A DNA stretch of 64,000 bases from Felis catus (lineage: Eukaryota). The notes under the pieces are model-generated. The model made no database searches, was not told where the DNA came from, and worked only from the letters and a program-made list of their open reading frames with translations. The stretch lies in NCBI RefSeq assembly GCF_018350175.1, contig NC_058368.1, forward strand, positions 199,704,001-199,768,000. The letters run 5' to 3'. The position numbers and the translations under genes are program-made. Positions 25,983 to 39,250 of the stretch are shown one piece after another; position 1 is the stretch's first letter; every line of letters begins with the position of its first letter.

Positions 25983-28900
25983 AGAAAGAGAGATGGGAGT
26001 TCTCTGGAAATAGGAAGATTACTTAACAGCATTGTGTATTGTTTGCAGGTGTCTGAAAGGATTTGTGACATGGTTTTATTTATTTATTTTTTAATATAAT
26101 TTATTGTCAAATTGACTAATATATAGTGTGTAAAGTGTGCTCTTGGTTTTGGGGGTAGATTCCCATGGTTCATTGCTTACACACAACACCCAGTGCTCAT
26201 CCCAACAAGTGCCTCCCCCTCAATGCCCATCACCCATTTTCCCCTGTCCCCCAACCCCCCATCAACCCTAAGTTCTCTGTATTTAAGAGTCTCTTACACT
26301 TTGTATAAGAGGGAGTCCCTCTCTCTCTCTCTCTTTTTTCCCCTTCTCTTCCCCCAAGGTGTTCAGTTCAGTTTCTCAAGATCCATATATAAGTGAAAAC
26401 ATATGACATCTGTCTCTGAGTGATGTATTTCACTGCGCATAATAGCCTCCAGTTACATCCACCTTGCTGTAAATGGCATGATTTCACTCTTTCTCATTGC
26501 TAAGTAGTATTCCATTGTATATATAAACCACATCTTCTTTATCCATTCATCAGTTGATGGACATTTGGGCTCTTTCCATAATTTGGCTATTGTTGAAAGT
26601 GCTGCTATAAACATTGGGGTACATGTGCCCCTATGAATGACACTCCTGTATCCTTTGGATAAATTCCTAGTAGTGCTATTGCTGGGTCATAAGGTAGTTC
26701 TGTTTTTAATTTTTTGAGGAACCTCCACACTGTTTTCCAGAGCGGCTGCACCAGTTTGCATTCCTACTAACAGTGCAAGAGGGTTCCCGTTTCTACACAT
26801 TCTCACCAGTATCTGTTGTTTCCTGAGTTGTTAATGTTAGCCACTCTGACCGTTGTGAGGTGGTATCTCAGTGTGGTTTTGATTTCTTTTTCCCTGATGA
26901 TGAGTGACATTGAGTGTCTTTTCATGTGTCTATTGGCCATCTGGATGTCTTTGAAAAAGTGTCTACTCATGACTTCTGCCCGTTTCTTCGCTGGATTATT
27001 TGTTTTTCGGGTGTTGAGTTTGGTAAGTTCTTTATAGATTTTGGATACTAACCCTTTATCCAGTATGTCATTTGCAAATATCTTTTCCCATTCCGTTGGT
27101 TGCCTAGTTTTGTTGATTGTTTCCTTTGCAGTGCAGAAGCGTTTTGTCTTGTTGAGATCCCAATCTCAACATTTTTGCTTTTAATTCCCTTGCCTTTGGA
27201 GATGTGTTGAGCAAGAAATTGCTGTGGCTGAGGTCAGAGAGGTTGTTTCAAGCTTTCTCATCTAGGGCTTAGATGGTTTCCAGTCTCACATTTAGGTCTT
27301 TCATCCGTGTTGAGTTTATTTTTGTGTATGGTGTCACAAAGCCGTCTAGTTTCATTCTTCTGCATATTGTCCAGTTAGTTCTCCCAGCACCATTTATTAA
27401 AGAGACTGTCTTTTTTCCATTGGCTACTCTTTCCTGCTTTGTCAAAGATTAGTTGGCCATACATTTGTGGGTCCAATTCTGGGGTTTCTATTCTATTCCA
27501 TTTGTCTATGTGTTTGTTTTTGTGCCAGTACCATACTGTCTTGGTGATTACAGCTTTGGGGTAGAGGCTAAATTGTGGGATTGTGATGCCTCCTGCTTTG
27601 GCTTTTCTTTTTCAATATTACTTTGGCTATTCAGGGTCTTTTGTAGTTCCATACAAATTTTAGGATTGTTTGTTCTAGCTTTGAGAAGAATACTGGTGCA
27701 ATTTTGATTGGGATTGTATTGATTGTGTAGATTGCTTTGGGTAGTATTGACATTTTAAGAATATTTATTCTTCCAGTTCATGAGCACAGAATGTTTTTCC
27801 ATTTCTTTGTGTCTTCTTCAGTTTCCTTCATAAGTTTTCTATGGTTTTAGCATGCAGATTTTTTATATCTTTGGTTAGGTTTATTCTTAGGTATTTTATG
27901 GTTCTTGGTACAATTGTAAATGGGATCAATTTCTTGATTTCTCCTTCTGTTGCTTCATTATTGATGTGAAGAAATGCAACCGATTTCTCTACTTTGATTT
28001 TGTACCCTGTGACTTTGCTGAATTCGTGTATCAGTTCTAGCAGCCTTTTGGTGGTCTTTCAGTTTTCCATATAGAGTATCATGTCGTCTGCAAAAAGTGA
28101 AAGTTTGACTTCTTGTTTGCCAGTTTTGATGCCTTTTGTTTCATTTTGTTGTCTGATTGCTGAGGCTGGGACTTCCAGCAATATGCTAAACAACAGCAGT
28201 GAGGGTAGACATCCCTGTCATGTTCCTGATCTCAGGGGGAAAGCTCTCAGTTTTTCCCCATTGAGGATGGTATTGGCTGTGGGCTTTTCATATATGGCTT
28301 TATGATATTTAGGTGTGTTCCTTCTATCCCTACTTTCTTGAGGGTTTTTATGAAGAAAGATGCTATATTTTGTAAAATGCTTTTTCTGCATCTATTGACA
28401 GGATCATATGGTTCTTATCCTTTCTTATACTAATGTGATGTATCACATTGATTGATTAGCGAATATTGAACCAACCCTGCAGCCCAGGAATGAATCCCAC
28501 TTGATCATGGTGAATAATTCTTTTTACATGCTGTTGAATTCAATTTGCTAGTATCTTGTTAAGTTTTTTTTGCATCCATCTTCATCAGGGATATTGGCCT
28601 GTAATTCTCCTTTTTTGTGGGGTGTCTGTCTTGTTTGGGAATCAGGGTAATGCTGGCTTCATAGAATGAGTCTGGAAGTTTTCCTTTTGTTTCTATTTTT
28701 TGGAACAGCTTGAGAAGGATAGGTATTAACTCTGCTTTAAATAAACTCTGGTAGAATTCCTCTGGGAAGCCCTCTGGCTCAGGACTGTTATTTGTTGGGA
28801 GATTTTTGATAACTGATTCAATTTCTTCACTAGTTATGGGTCTGTTCAAATTTTCTATTTCTTTTTGAGTTTTGGTAGTGTGTGGGTGTCTAGGAATTTG

Positions 28901-29385
28901 GCCATTTCTTCCAGGTTGTCATAGTATTCTCTGATAATTGCTTGTATTTCTGAGGGATTGGTTGTGATAAATCCATTTTCATTCATGATTTTATCTGTTT
29001 GGGTCCTCTGTCTTTTTTTAGAAGTCTGGCTAGGGATTTATCAACTTTGTTTATTTTTTCAAAAACCAGCTCTTAGTTTCATTGATCTGTTCTACTCTTT
29101 CTTTGGATTCTATATTGTTTATTTCTGCTCTGATCTTTATTATTTCTCTTCTGCTGGCCTTGGGGTGTCTTTGTTGTTCTGCTTATAGTTCCTTTAGGTG
29201 TGCTGTTAGATTTTGTATTTGGGATTTTTCTTGTTTCTTGAGATGGCCTGGATTGCAATGTATTTTCCTCTTAGGACTGCCTTTGCTGCATCCCAAAGGG
29301 TTTGGACTGTTGTGTTTTCATTTTCATTTGTCTCCATATATTTTTTAATTTCTTTTTTAATTTCCTGGTTGACCCATTCATTCTT

Positions 29386-32300
29386 CATTTTTTTAAATAT
29401 GAAATTTATTGTCACATTAGTTTCCATACAAAACCCAGTGCTCATCCCAACAGGTGCCTTCCTCAATACCCATCACCCCCCCTTCCGTCCCTCCCACCCC
29501 CCATCAACCCTCAGTTATCAGTTTTTAAGAGTTTCTTATGTTTTGGCTCCCTCCTTCTCTAACTACCCCCCCCTTTTTTTTTCTTTTCTTCCCCTCCCCC
29601 ATGGTCTTCTGTTTCTCAGGATCCACATAAGAGTGAAAACATATGGTATCTGGCTTTCTCTGTATGACTTATTTCACTTAGCATAACGCTTTCCAGTTCC
29701 ATCCATTTTGCTACAAAAGGCCATATTTCATTCTTTCTCATTGCCATGTAGTATTCCATTGTGTATATAAACCACAGTTTCTTTATCCATTCATCAGTAG
29801 ATGTACATTTGGGCTCTTTCCATAATATGGCTATTGTTGACAGTGCTGCTATAAACATTGGGGTACAAGTGCCCCTATGCATCGCACTCCTGTATCCCTC
29901 GGGTAAATTCCTAGCAGTGCTATTGCTAGGACACAGGGTAGATCTATTTTTAATTTTTTGAGGAACCTCCACACTGTTTTCGAGAGCAGCTGCACAGTTT
30001 GCATTCCCACCAACAGTGCAAGATGGTGCCCATTTCTCCACATCCTCTCCAGCATCTATAGTCTCCTGATTTGTTCATTTTAGCCACTCTGACTGGCATG
30101 AGGTGTTATCTGAGTGTTTTGTATTTTGTGGTATATGAGTGTTTGTATTATGACTTGTATTTCCCTGATGAGGAGTGACGTTGAGCATCTTTTCATGTGC
30201 CTGTTGGTCATCTGGATGTCGTCTTTAGAGAAGTGTCTATTCATGTTTTCTGCCCATTTCTTCACTGGATTATTCGTTTTTTGGGTATGGAGTTTGGTGA
30301 GCTCTTTATAGATTTTGGATACTAGCCCTTTGATATTTCATTTGCCAATATCTTTTCCCATTCTGTTGGTTGCCTTTTAGTTTTGTTGATTGTTTCCTTT
30401 GCTGTGCAGAAGCTTTTTATCTTCATGAGGTCCCAGTAGTTCGTTTGTGCTTTTAATTCCCTTGCCTTTGGGGATGTGTCAAGTAAGAAATTGCTGTGGC
30501 TGAGGTCAGAGAGGTTTTTTCCTGCTTTCTCCTCTAGGGTTTTGATGGTTTCCTGTCTCACATTCACATCCTTTATCCATTTTGAGTTTATTTTTGTGTA
30601 TGGTGTGAGAAAGTGGTCTAGTTTCAACCTTCTGCATGTTGCTGTCCAGTTCTCCCAGCACCATTTGTTAAAGAGACTGTCTTTTTTCTATTGGATATTC
30701 CTTCCTGCTTTGTCAAAGGTTAGTTGGCCATACTTTTGTGGGTCTAATTCTGGCATTTCTATTCTATTCCATTGGTTTCTGTGTCTGTTTTTGTGCCAAT
30801 ACCATGCTGTCTTGATGATTACAGCTTTGTAGTAGAGGCTAAAGTCTGGGATTGTGATGCCTCCCACTTTGGTCTTCTTCTTCAAAATTACTTTGGCTAC
30901 TCCAGCTTTCTTTTGATTTCCAGTAGCATGATATATAGTTCTCCATCCCCTCACTTTTAATCTGAAGGTGTCCTCAGGTCTAAAATGAGTCTCTTGTAGA
31001 TAGCAGATAGATGGGTTTTGTTTTTTATCCATTCTGATACCCTATGTCTTTGGTTGGAGCATTTAGTCCATTTACATTCAGTGTTATTACTGAAAGATAT
31101 GAGTTTAGAGTCATTTTGATGTCTGTAGGTTTCATGCTTGTAGTGATGTCTCTGGTACTTTGTGGTCCTTGCAACATGTCACTCACAGAATCCCCCTTAG
31201 GATCTCTTGTAGGACTGGTTTAGTGGTGATGAATTCCTTCAGCTTCTGTTTGGGAAGACCTTTATCTCTCCTTCTATTCTGAATGACAGACTTGCTGGAT
31301 AAAGGATTCTCGGCTGCATATTTTTTTTCTGTTCATCACATTGAAGATTTCCTTCCATTCCTTTCTGGCCTGCCAAGTTTCAGTAGATAGGTCTGCCACT
31401 AGTCTTATGGGTCTCCCTTTATATGTTAGAGTGTGTTTATCCCTAGCTGCTTTCAGAAGTTTATCTTTATCCTTGTATTTTGCCAGTTTCACTATGATAT
31501 GTCATGCAGAAGATCGATTCAAGTTACGTCTGAAGGGAGTTCTCTGTGCCTCTTGGATTTCAGTGTCTTTTTCCTTCCCCAGATCAGGGAAGTTCTCAGC
31601 TATGATTTGTTCAAGTACACCTTCAGCCCCTTTCTCTCTCTCTTCCTCTTCTGGAATTCCTATTATATGGACATTGTTCTGTTTGATTGTATCACTTAGT
31701 TCTCTAATTCTCCCCTCATACTCCTGGATTTTTTTCTCTCTCTTTTTCTCAGCTTGCTCTTTTTCCATAATTTTATCTTCTAGTTCACCTATTCTCTCCT
31801 CTGCCTCTCCAATCTGAGCTGTGGTCGCCTCCATTTTATTTTGCACCTCATTTATAGCATTTTTTAGCTCCTCCTATTTCTTAGTCCCTTGATCTCTGTA
31901 GCAATAGATTCTCTGCTGTCCTCTACTTTTTTCAAGCCCAGCGATTAATTTTCTGACTATTATTCTAAATTCTTGTTCCGTTATATTGCTTAAATTGTTT
32001 TTGATCAATTCGTTAGCTGTCGCTACTTCCTGGAGTTTCTTTTGAGGAGAATCCTTCCATTTCATCATTTTGGATAGTCCCTGGGGTGGCGCAGAACCGC
32101 AGGGTACTTCTCCTGTGCTGTCTGGAGTAACTTGTGTTGGTGGGCAGGGCCACTGTCAGACCTGTTGTCTGTCCTCAGCTCACCGCTGGGGTCACAGTCA
32201 AACTGGTTTGTACCTTATCTTCCCTTCTCCCAGGGGCAGGACTCACTGTGGAGTAGTGTGCCCCCCATCTGGGCTGCTTGCACACTGCCAGGCTTGTGGT

Positions 32301-32989
32301 GCTGCTTTGATGGGATTTGGTGTGTTAGCTGGGGTGGATCTGCAAGGTGCACAGATGTGGGAGGGGTAGGCTTAGCTAGTTTTGCTGTAAGTGGTCACCT
32401 GCGGGAAGGGCCCTTCAGCACCTGGAGGGAGGCAGACCCATCGGAGGGATGGATCCACAGAAGCACAGCATTGGGTGTTTGCTCAGGGCAAGCAAGTTCA
32501 GTGATGGGAACTAGTTCCCTTTGGGATTTCGGCTGGGGGATGGGCAAGGGAGATGGCGCTGGCCAGTGCCTTTGTTCCCTGCCGAGTGAGCTCTGTCTTC
32601 CAGGGCTCAACACCTCTCACCCCCGTGTCCTCTTGCCCTCCCACTCTCTGAGCAGAGCTGTTGACTTATAACATTCCAGATGTTAAGTCCTGCTGGCTGT
32701 CAGAACTCATCGAGTCCGGCCCCTCTGCTTCTGCAAGCCAGACTTCATGGGCTCTGCCTTGTCAGGTGGGCTGCCCCTCCACTGCCCCGGCTCCCTCCTG
32801 CCAGTCTGTGTAGCATGCACCGCTTCTCCATCCTACCCTCTTCCGTGGGCCTCTTGTCTATACTTGGCTCCGGAAAGTGTTCTGCTAGTCTTCTGGTGGT
32901 TTTCTGGGTTATTTAGGCAGATATGGGTGGAATCTAAGTGATCAGCAAGATGAGGTGAGCCCAGTGTCCTCCTATGCCACCATGTTCAC
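29386..32989 (-). mobile_element. LINE-1 with 5'UTR, ORF1 and internally deleted ORF2, nested in the outer L1
   Basis: 14-bp TSD acccattcattctt at 29372-29385 and 32990-33003; ORF1 fragments 31274-32068; ORF2 fragments 29616-31032. Confidence 0.92.
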
Positions 32990-34681
32990 ACCCATTCATT
33001 CTTTAGTAGGATGTTCTTTAACCTCCATGTATTTGGAGGTTTTCCAAACTTTTTCCTGTGGTTGATTTCAAGTTTCATAGTGTTGTGATCTGAAAATGTG
33101 CATGGTATGATCATTTCTTTTATATTTATTGAGGGCTGTTTTGTGATCCAGTATGTGATCTATCTTGGAGAATGTTCTGTGTGCACTCAAGAAGAATGAA
33201 TATATCTGTCAAGTCCATCTGGTCCAGTGTATCATTCAGGGCCAGTGTTTGTTTATTGATTTTATGTCTGGATGATCTGTCCATTGTTGTAAGTGGAATA
33301 TTAAAGTCCCCTGCAGTTACCACATTCTTACCAATAGGATTGCTTATGTTTGTGATTGTTTTATATGTGTGGGTGCCTCTGAATTGGGTGTATAGACATT
33401 TATAATTGTTAGCTCTTCTTGATGGATAGACCCTGTAATTATGATATAATGCTCTTCTTCATCTCTTGTTACAACCTTTAGTTTAAAATCTAGTTTGTCT
33501 GACACAAGTATGGCTGCTCCAGCTTTCTTTTGACTTCCAGTAGCATGATAGATGGTTCTCCATTCCCTCACTTTCAATCTGAAGGTGTCCTCAGGTCTAA
33601 AATGAGTCTCTTGTAGACAGCAGATAGATGGCTCTTGTTTTTTTTTTATCCATTCTGATACCCTGTGTCTTTTGATTGGAGCATTTAGTCCATTTACATT
33701 CAGTGTTATTATTGATATGAATTTAGAGTCATTGTGTTATCTGTAGGTTTCATGCTTGTAGTGATGTCTCTGGTCCTTTGTGGTCTTTGCATCGTTCCAC
33801 TCACAGAGACCCCTTAGGATCGCTTGCTAGACTGGTTTAGTGGTCATGAATTCCTTCAGTTTTTGTTTGTCTGGGAAAACCTTTATCTCTCCTTCTATTC
33901 TGAATGACCGGCTTGGTGGATAAAGGATTCTTGGCTGCATATTTTTCCTATTCACCACATTGAAAATTTCCTGCCACTCCTTTCTGGCCTGCCAAGTTTC
34001 AGTAGATAGGTCTGCTACTATCCTTACGTGTCTACCCTTATAAATTAAGGCCCATTTATCCCTAGCTGCTTTCAGAATTCTCTCTTTGTATTTTGCCCGT
34101 TTCACTATGATCTGTTGTACAGAAAATCAATTCAAATTATGTCTGAAGGGAGTTCTCTGTGCCTCCTGGATTTCAGTGTCTGTTTCTTTCCCCAGATTGG
34201 GGGAAGTTCTCAGCTATGATTTGCTCAAGTATCCCTTCCACCCCTTTCTCAGTCTCTTCTTTTTCTGGAACTCCTATGATACGGATACGATTACGTTTCA
34301 TTGATTCAGTTAGTTCTCTAATTCTCCCCTTGTGGTCCAGAATAGTTTTATCTCTTTTTCTCAGCTCCATCTTTTTCCATATTTTCATCTCCTGTTTTAC
34401 TTATTCTTCTCTCTGCCTCTTCAGTCCTCACTGTTACTGCCTCTAGTTTATTTTGCAGTTTAAATTCATCATGAGTATTTTTTAGTTCCTTGATCTCTGC
34501 AGCAATAGATTCTCTGCTGTCTTCTATGTTTTTTTCAAGCTCAGCGATTAATCTTATGACTATCATTCTAAATTCTTGTTCAGTTATATTGTTTATGTGT
34601 TTTGATCGATTCTTCAGCTGTCATTTCTTCCCGGAATTTCTTTTGAGAATTATTCTGTTTCATCATTTTGGCTAGTTTTCT

Positions 34682-35100
34682 TTTCTTTCTCTCCTTTTTT
34701 TTTTTATTGATCAAAGTCTATTGTAAATTTCTTTTTTTTTTAATTTTATTTTTAATTTTTTAAAATTTACATCTGAATTACTTACCATATAGTGAAACAA
34801 TGATTTCAGGAGTAGATTCCTTAATGCCCCTTACCCATTTAGCCCATCTCCCCTCCCACAACCCCTCTAGCAACCTTCAGTTTCTTCTCCATATTTATGA
34901 GTCTCTTGTTTTGTCCACCTCCCTGTTTTTATATTATTTTTGTTTCCCTTCTGTTTTGTCTCTTAAAGTCCTCATATGAGTGAAGTCATATGATTTTTGT
35001 CTTTCTCTGACTAATTTCACTTAGCATAATACCCTCCAGTTCCATTCATGTAGTTGCAAATGGCAAGATTTCATTCTTCTTGATTGCCAAGTAATACTCC

Positions 35101-35143
<43 letters not shown>

Positions 35144-35793
35144 CACCTTTTATTTATCCATTCATCCATCAGTGGACATTTGGGCTCTTTCCATACTTTG
35201 GCTATTGTTGATAGTGCTGCTGTAAACATAGGGGTGTCCCTTCGAAACAGCACACCTGTATCCCATGGATAAATGCCTAGTAGTGCAATTGCTGGGTGGT
35301 AGGGTAGTTCTAGTTTTAGTTTTTTGAGGAACCTCCATACTGTTTTCCAGAGTGGCTGCACCAGCTTGTATTCCCACCAACAATGCAAAAGAGATCCTCT
35401 TTCTCTGCATCCTCACCAACATCTGTTGTTGCCTGAGTTGTTAATGTTAGCTATTCTGACAAGTGTAAGGTGGTATCTCATTGTGGTTTTGATTTGTATT
35501 TCCCTGATGATGAGTGATGTTGAGCATTTTTTCATGTGTTGGTTGGCCATCTGGATGTCTTCCTTGGAGAAGTGTCTATTCATGTCTTTTGCCCATTTCT
35601 TCACTGGATCAGTTGTTTTTTGGGTGTTGAGTTTGATAAGTTCTTTATAGATTTTGGATACTAACCCTTTGTCTGATATGTCATTTGCAAATATCTTCTC
35701 CCATTCTGTCGGTTGCCTTTTAATTTTGCTGATTGTTTCCTTTGCTGTGCAGAAGCTTTTTATTTTGATGAGGTCCCAGTAGTTCATTTTTGA
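34682..35793 (-). mobile_element. 5'-truncated LINE-1 nested in the outer L1 at its ORF1 start
   Basis: 17-bp TSD attttggctagttttct at 34665-34681 and 35794-35810; ORF2 C-terminal peptides (35071..35787). Confidence 0.92.
35104..35141. repeat. (AC)19 microsatellite inside the nested L1
   Basis: Direct reading of the sequence. Confidence 0.95.
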
Positions 35794-38597
35794 ATTTTGG
35801 CTAGTTTTCTGTCCCTTGTGTGTTTTAAAAGCGTGTTATGTGGCCTGCACCTGTGAGCACTACTATATTAAAGAGGGATCATACATTGTCCAGGGCCTGG
35901 CCCTTCAGGAGCTGTTTTTTGGAGTGTTACTTGCTCTCTGTTGTTGTGACTCTGGATGCTTTTTCTCCTTACTCGTAGTGATCCTTTGGACCCTCCACCA
36001 GGTGTGCTTTGATTTGTTCATTGAAGTAGCCCTCGAAAAGAAAACAAAGAAACAAATACAAAAAGACAAAAAACATCAGCTATAGCAAAACAACGGGGTT
36101 GAGGCATTGTTGATGGAAGAGGTCTTATCCCATACAAAGAGAGAAATGACAGCGGCAGGGAAGAAGAAAAGAAAAGTGAGCAGGCAGAGAAACTCTACAG
36201 CTTATTCCAGAGAGAGAGGAAAATAAAGAGATATAGAACAGGTATAAAGAGAATATTTTAAATATGTCTGCTTAGATAAACCAACAACCAGAATAACCAG
36301 ACTACAGGAGAGAAGAAGTAAGAAGGAGAAAAGGAAGAAAAATAAATAAATAAAATATATAATATATACATATATAATAAGAATTGTCCAAGAATTAAAT
36401 CAGGCAGTGCAATACCGCTGGGTGCCTTGGAACTGGTGGCAGTGCTGATCTGGAGGAGCAGCTCTCTGGTTTGTTAGTGTCAATCCTGCTTTGGTAGATA
36501 CACAGTTACCAGGTATGGAGGGGCATGGTTTGGTGTAGGCAGCTCCCGCCTCCACTGTGGGGCCCGCAGACCGATCCTTGAGGACCCATCTTGGTGGTGA
36601 TGGGGAGAAAAATGGCGACACCACAGTCTCCGCTCCATCGTCCGGCTGTCGCAAACCACTCTGTTCAGACCATGTTTGCAGTGCTGCAGGCGCGAACAAG
36701 GCAGTTTGTTCTGCTCCCCCGACCCCATGCCTCCCTGGCGCTCGGCTGGGACTTAAACCCTGATGTTTTACAGATTCTCTCCCCATACACCTGGGATCTG
36801 GGGAAGTGCCACTCGGTGCCACCGATATATGGCTTATGGCTGGTGGGCGCAGGCAGTCTTTGTCCTTTGAAAGGTTATATACCTTCTTCCCACAGCACTC
36901 CAGGAAGGGGATTGCTTTCTCCCACTGCGGACTGTGCCTCTGAACTAGTTACTGAGCCTGGGGAAAGCCCCGCAGTTAGAGATTGGATCTTTCTCCCTTC
37001 CAGTCTGTGGTTTTTCTCTTGTTCAGATACAGTCCTAGGCTTCCCCAACCTCTGTTTCTCTTCCCTTTGTCTCTCCACAGAAGGGGATCCCTTCCCTCAA
37101 TGCCTACACAGCCTGTTTTATCTCTTCCAGTTTGCAGTCACGCATCTGTGGCCTGCCAGGTTGTCCCCGTGGGTCCCTGGAGACATCTTTGTCACTCTGC
37201 AACCCTGACTCTTGGAATTCGAAGTCCTTTGGCCTTAACGCTGCTGTGTTTGAGAGACAAGGGAACTTTGGGTCCCCCTACTACTACACCATGTTGGATC
37301 CCCTCCCTAACGTGGTTTTAGAATCCACATCCTTACAGAATCAAAGTGGTAGGAATTTGGTATGGTTTGACATTCACAGACCATGTTCAGGTTACATGTA
37401 AGTTATTGTAAGAAGCTCAGGTGCCATGTACAGGAGACTGAAACATCCTGGAACCCAGTGGAATGTGAATATTTGTGCTTTTCTTTCTTTCCAGTAGCTG
37501 GAAATATAGGGAAAAAGACATTGGATTTAGTGGGATTCCTTGGTTGGAACCACATTGAAGGAGTGCTTAACTCCCCTGAGCCTTCTCTCTCTTGCCTTTC
37601 ATTGTGAATGAAATCCCGCAGGATTTATGATTATATACAGACTCCTCATCCGGCAAGACCCAGCCCACGTGCCCACCCTCAGCCCATCTGTTCTCTCCCT
37701 CACATCCTGAGCTCCAGCCTCCCTGCAGGTTCTGGAGGCTTTGTATTTGCCATTCCCTGTCTCTGCCTGGGGGTCTGTTCTTCTGTTTCTTTACAGGCTG
37801 CTTTCTTTCCGGGCTCACCTCTCTATAGTATGTCTTCAGAAAGGCTTTCTCTGACCCTCTTAAATAGCCCCTTCCCCAGCACCCATGCTCTGTCTCAGAA
37901 CCCTGTTTATTTGTATAAGTCACCCCTATTTATATTTTTTGTTTATTGCTTTGTTTCTCCCATTCCCATATAGGTGCCCTGAGCGCAGGAGGCAGGTTTT
38001 TTGTTCCCTGGTCCTTGTCTAGTGTGTGGGGTTAGTCACTTAGTGAGAATGTAATAGATGCTTGATAAATGAAATGAGAAATGCATGGCAGAGGACTTTG
38101 TAGGACATCTGGTGATAGGCACGCAGTTCATTTCCTTATTTCCTCAGTTACTTAACTGGGATTATGCCCGGTTATGAAATGAACTGAGTTCCTGTGGAGT
38201 CACCATTGCTTCTGTTCTCCCTCTGTCTCTTTTGGATAAAGAAAAAACCAGTTCTAGGTGTGGTGCCTGGTGATGTAGTGATCAGAGGTGATATGTGTGT
38301 GTGGCTGAAGTTGTCGATGTCTGACCTATACCACGATAGGAGATAAGAGTAGCAATTCCAGAATTTGGAATAAAGTGGCATATGGGGTAGATTACAGTTC
38401 CTTTTATATATCCTGCTTGATTCATTGGGGATATTTATAAATATGTTGAGTTTTGCTAAAATTTTACACTTATTTTTATCATTCAGTTCAAACCATGACT
38501 TCTATCACATCTAATGTACAAAAAATATAAATTGAAACACAGTGAGTTGGGTGTTTTGCCTGTAGTACCAATGTTAAGGTTTGTTAATATCTTCCAG

Positions 38598-38725
38598 GAA
38601 AGATATGAATGAAATTGAAGAGAAATCTAAAGATATAATAAAATTCACTGCTGAGAAACTCTCCATAGACGAAGTCTCACAGTTGGTGGTTTCTCCACTC
38701 TGTGGTGCAGTATCCCTGTTTGTAG
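38598..38725 (+). CDS. MOCS2: MOCS2B exon 4
   Basis: Acceptor cttccag|; 128 nt encoding KDMNEIEEKSKDIIKFTAEKLSIDEVSQLVVSPLCGAVSLFV(G); donor TAG|gtaagt. Confidence 0.95.
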
Positions 38726-39250
38726 GTAAGTTGTGATTTTCACAGTGTGGGTTGACTGCATAAGACAATAGAAATCAGCAAGTGTTTTCCATGTTCAGTG
38801 TTAATAGAGGATTTTAAGATACTAAGAGCAGTAACCCATGGTGGGTAGACACTTTTTAATTTTTATTCAGATTCAAACCAACCTGTGTTAAAGGCATTAA
38901 AAGAGTAGAATAAGAGTCATTATTTTCAGGGAGAATTCTGTATGTTCCAAATATTGAGGGGAAAAAATGGTGGTGATAGTAACTTAATGATAGTCCTGGG
39001 AGCATAATGTTTCCCATCCTGGTTTGTCCTATGAGTATTTTTGATACGTTTGCCTCATTAGCGACATTGTATTTCCTCATCTTTATGATAATTATTTTAT
39101 GGTTTTCTAACCAAATGTTTGTTTTTAGAAAACTTGAAAGCAATTTGTAGGCAAATTGGTGTGCTGCTGAAATAATCCTTTTTTCTGTTAATGTGTTATT
39201 TCTATTGTAAGGAAACCTTAATATTTTTGTTTTTCTTTCTTTTTTTTTAG

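Larger units (their letters stand above)
26079..37309 (-). mobile_element. Full-length but decayed LINE-1 (outer element), interrupted by two younger L1s
   Basis: Poly-T tail at ~26079; ORF2 RT/EN fragments (ORFs 28559..28849, 33126..33577); ORF1 fragments (33827..34566); 5'UTR at 35811-37309 beginning GGGAGGGGATCCAACATGG. TSD ac(a/g)tggtttt at 26068-26077 and 37310-37319. Confidence 0.92.

Noticed and set aside
36591..37208. 205-aa plus-strand ORF (and 179-aa ORF 32132..32671) as ORF0-like genes
   Set aside because: Both lie antisense within GC-rich L1 5'UTRs, show no similarity to each other that I can see, and have no support beyond length.
26079..37309. Active L1 or domesticated L1 protein
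   Set aside because: ORF1 and ORF2 are broken into many short fragments by stops, frameshifts and nested insertions.
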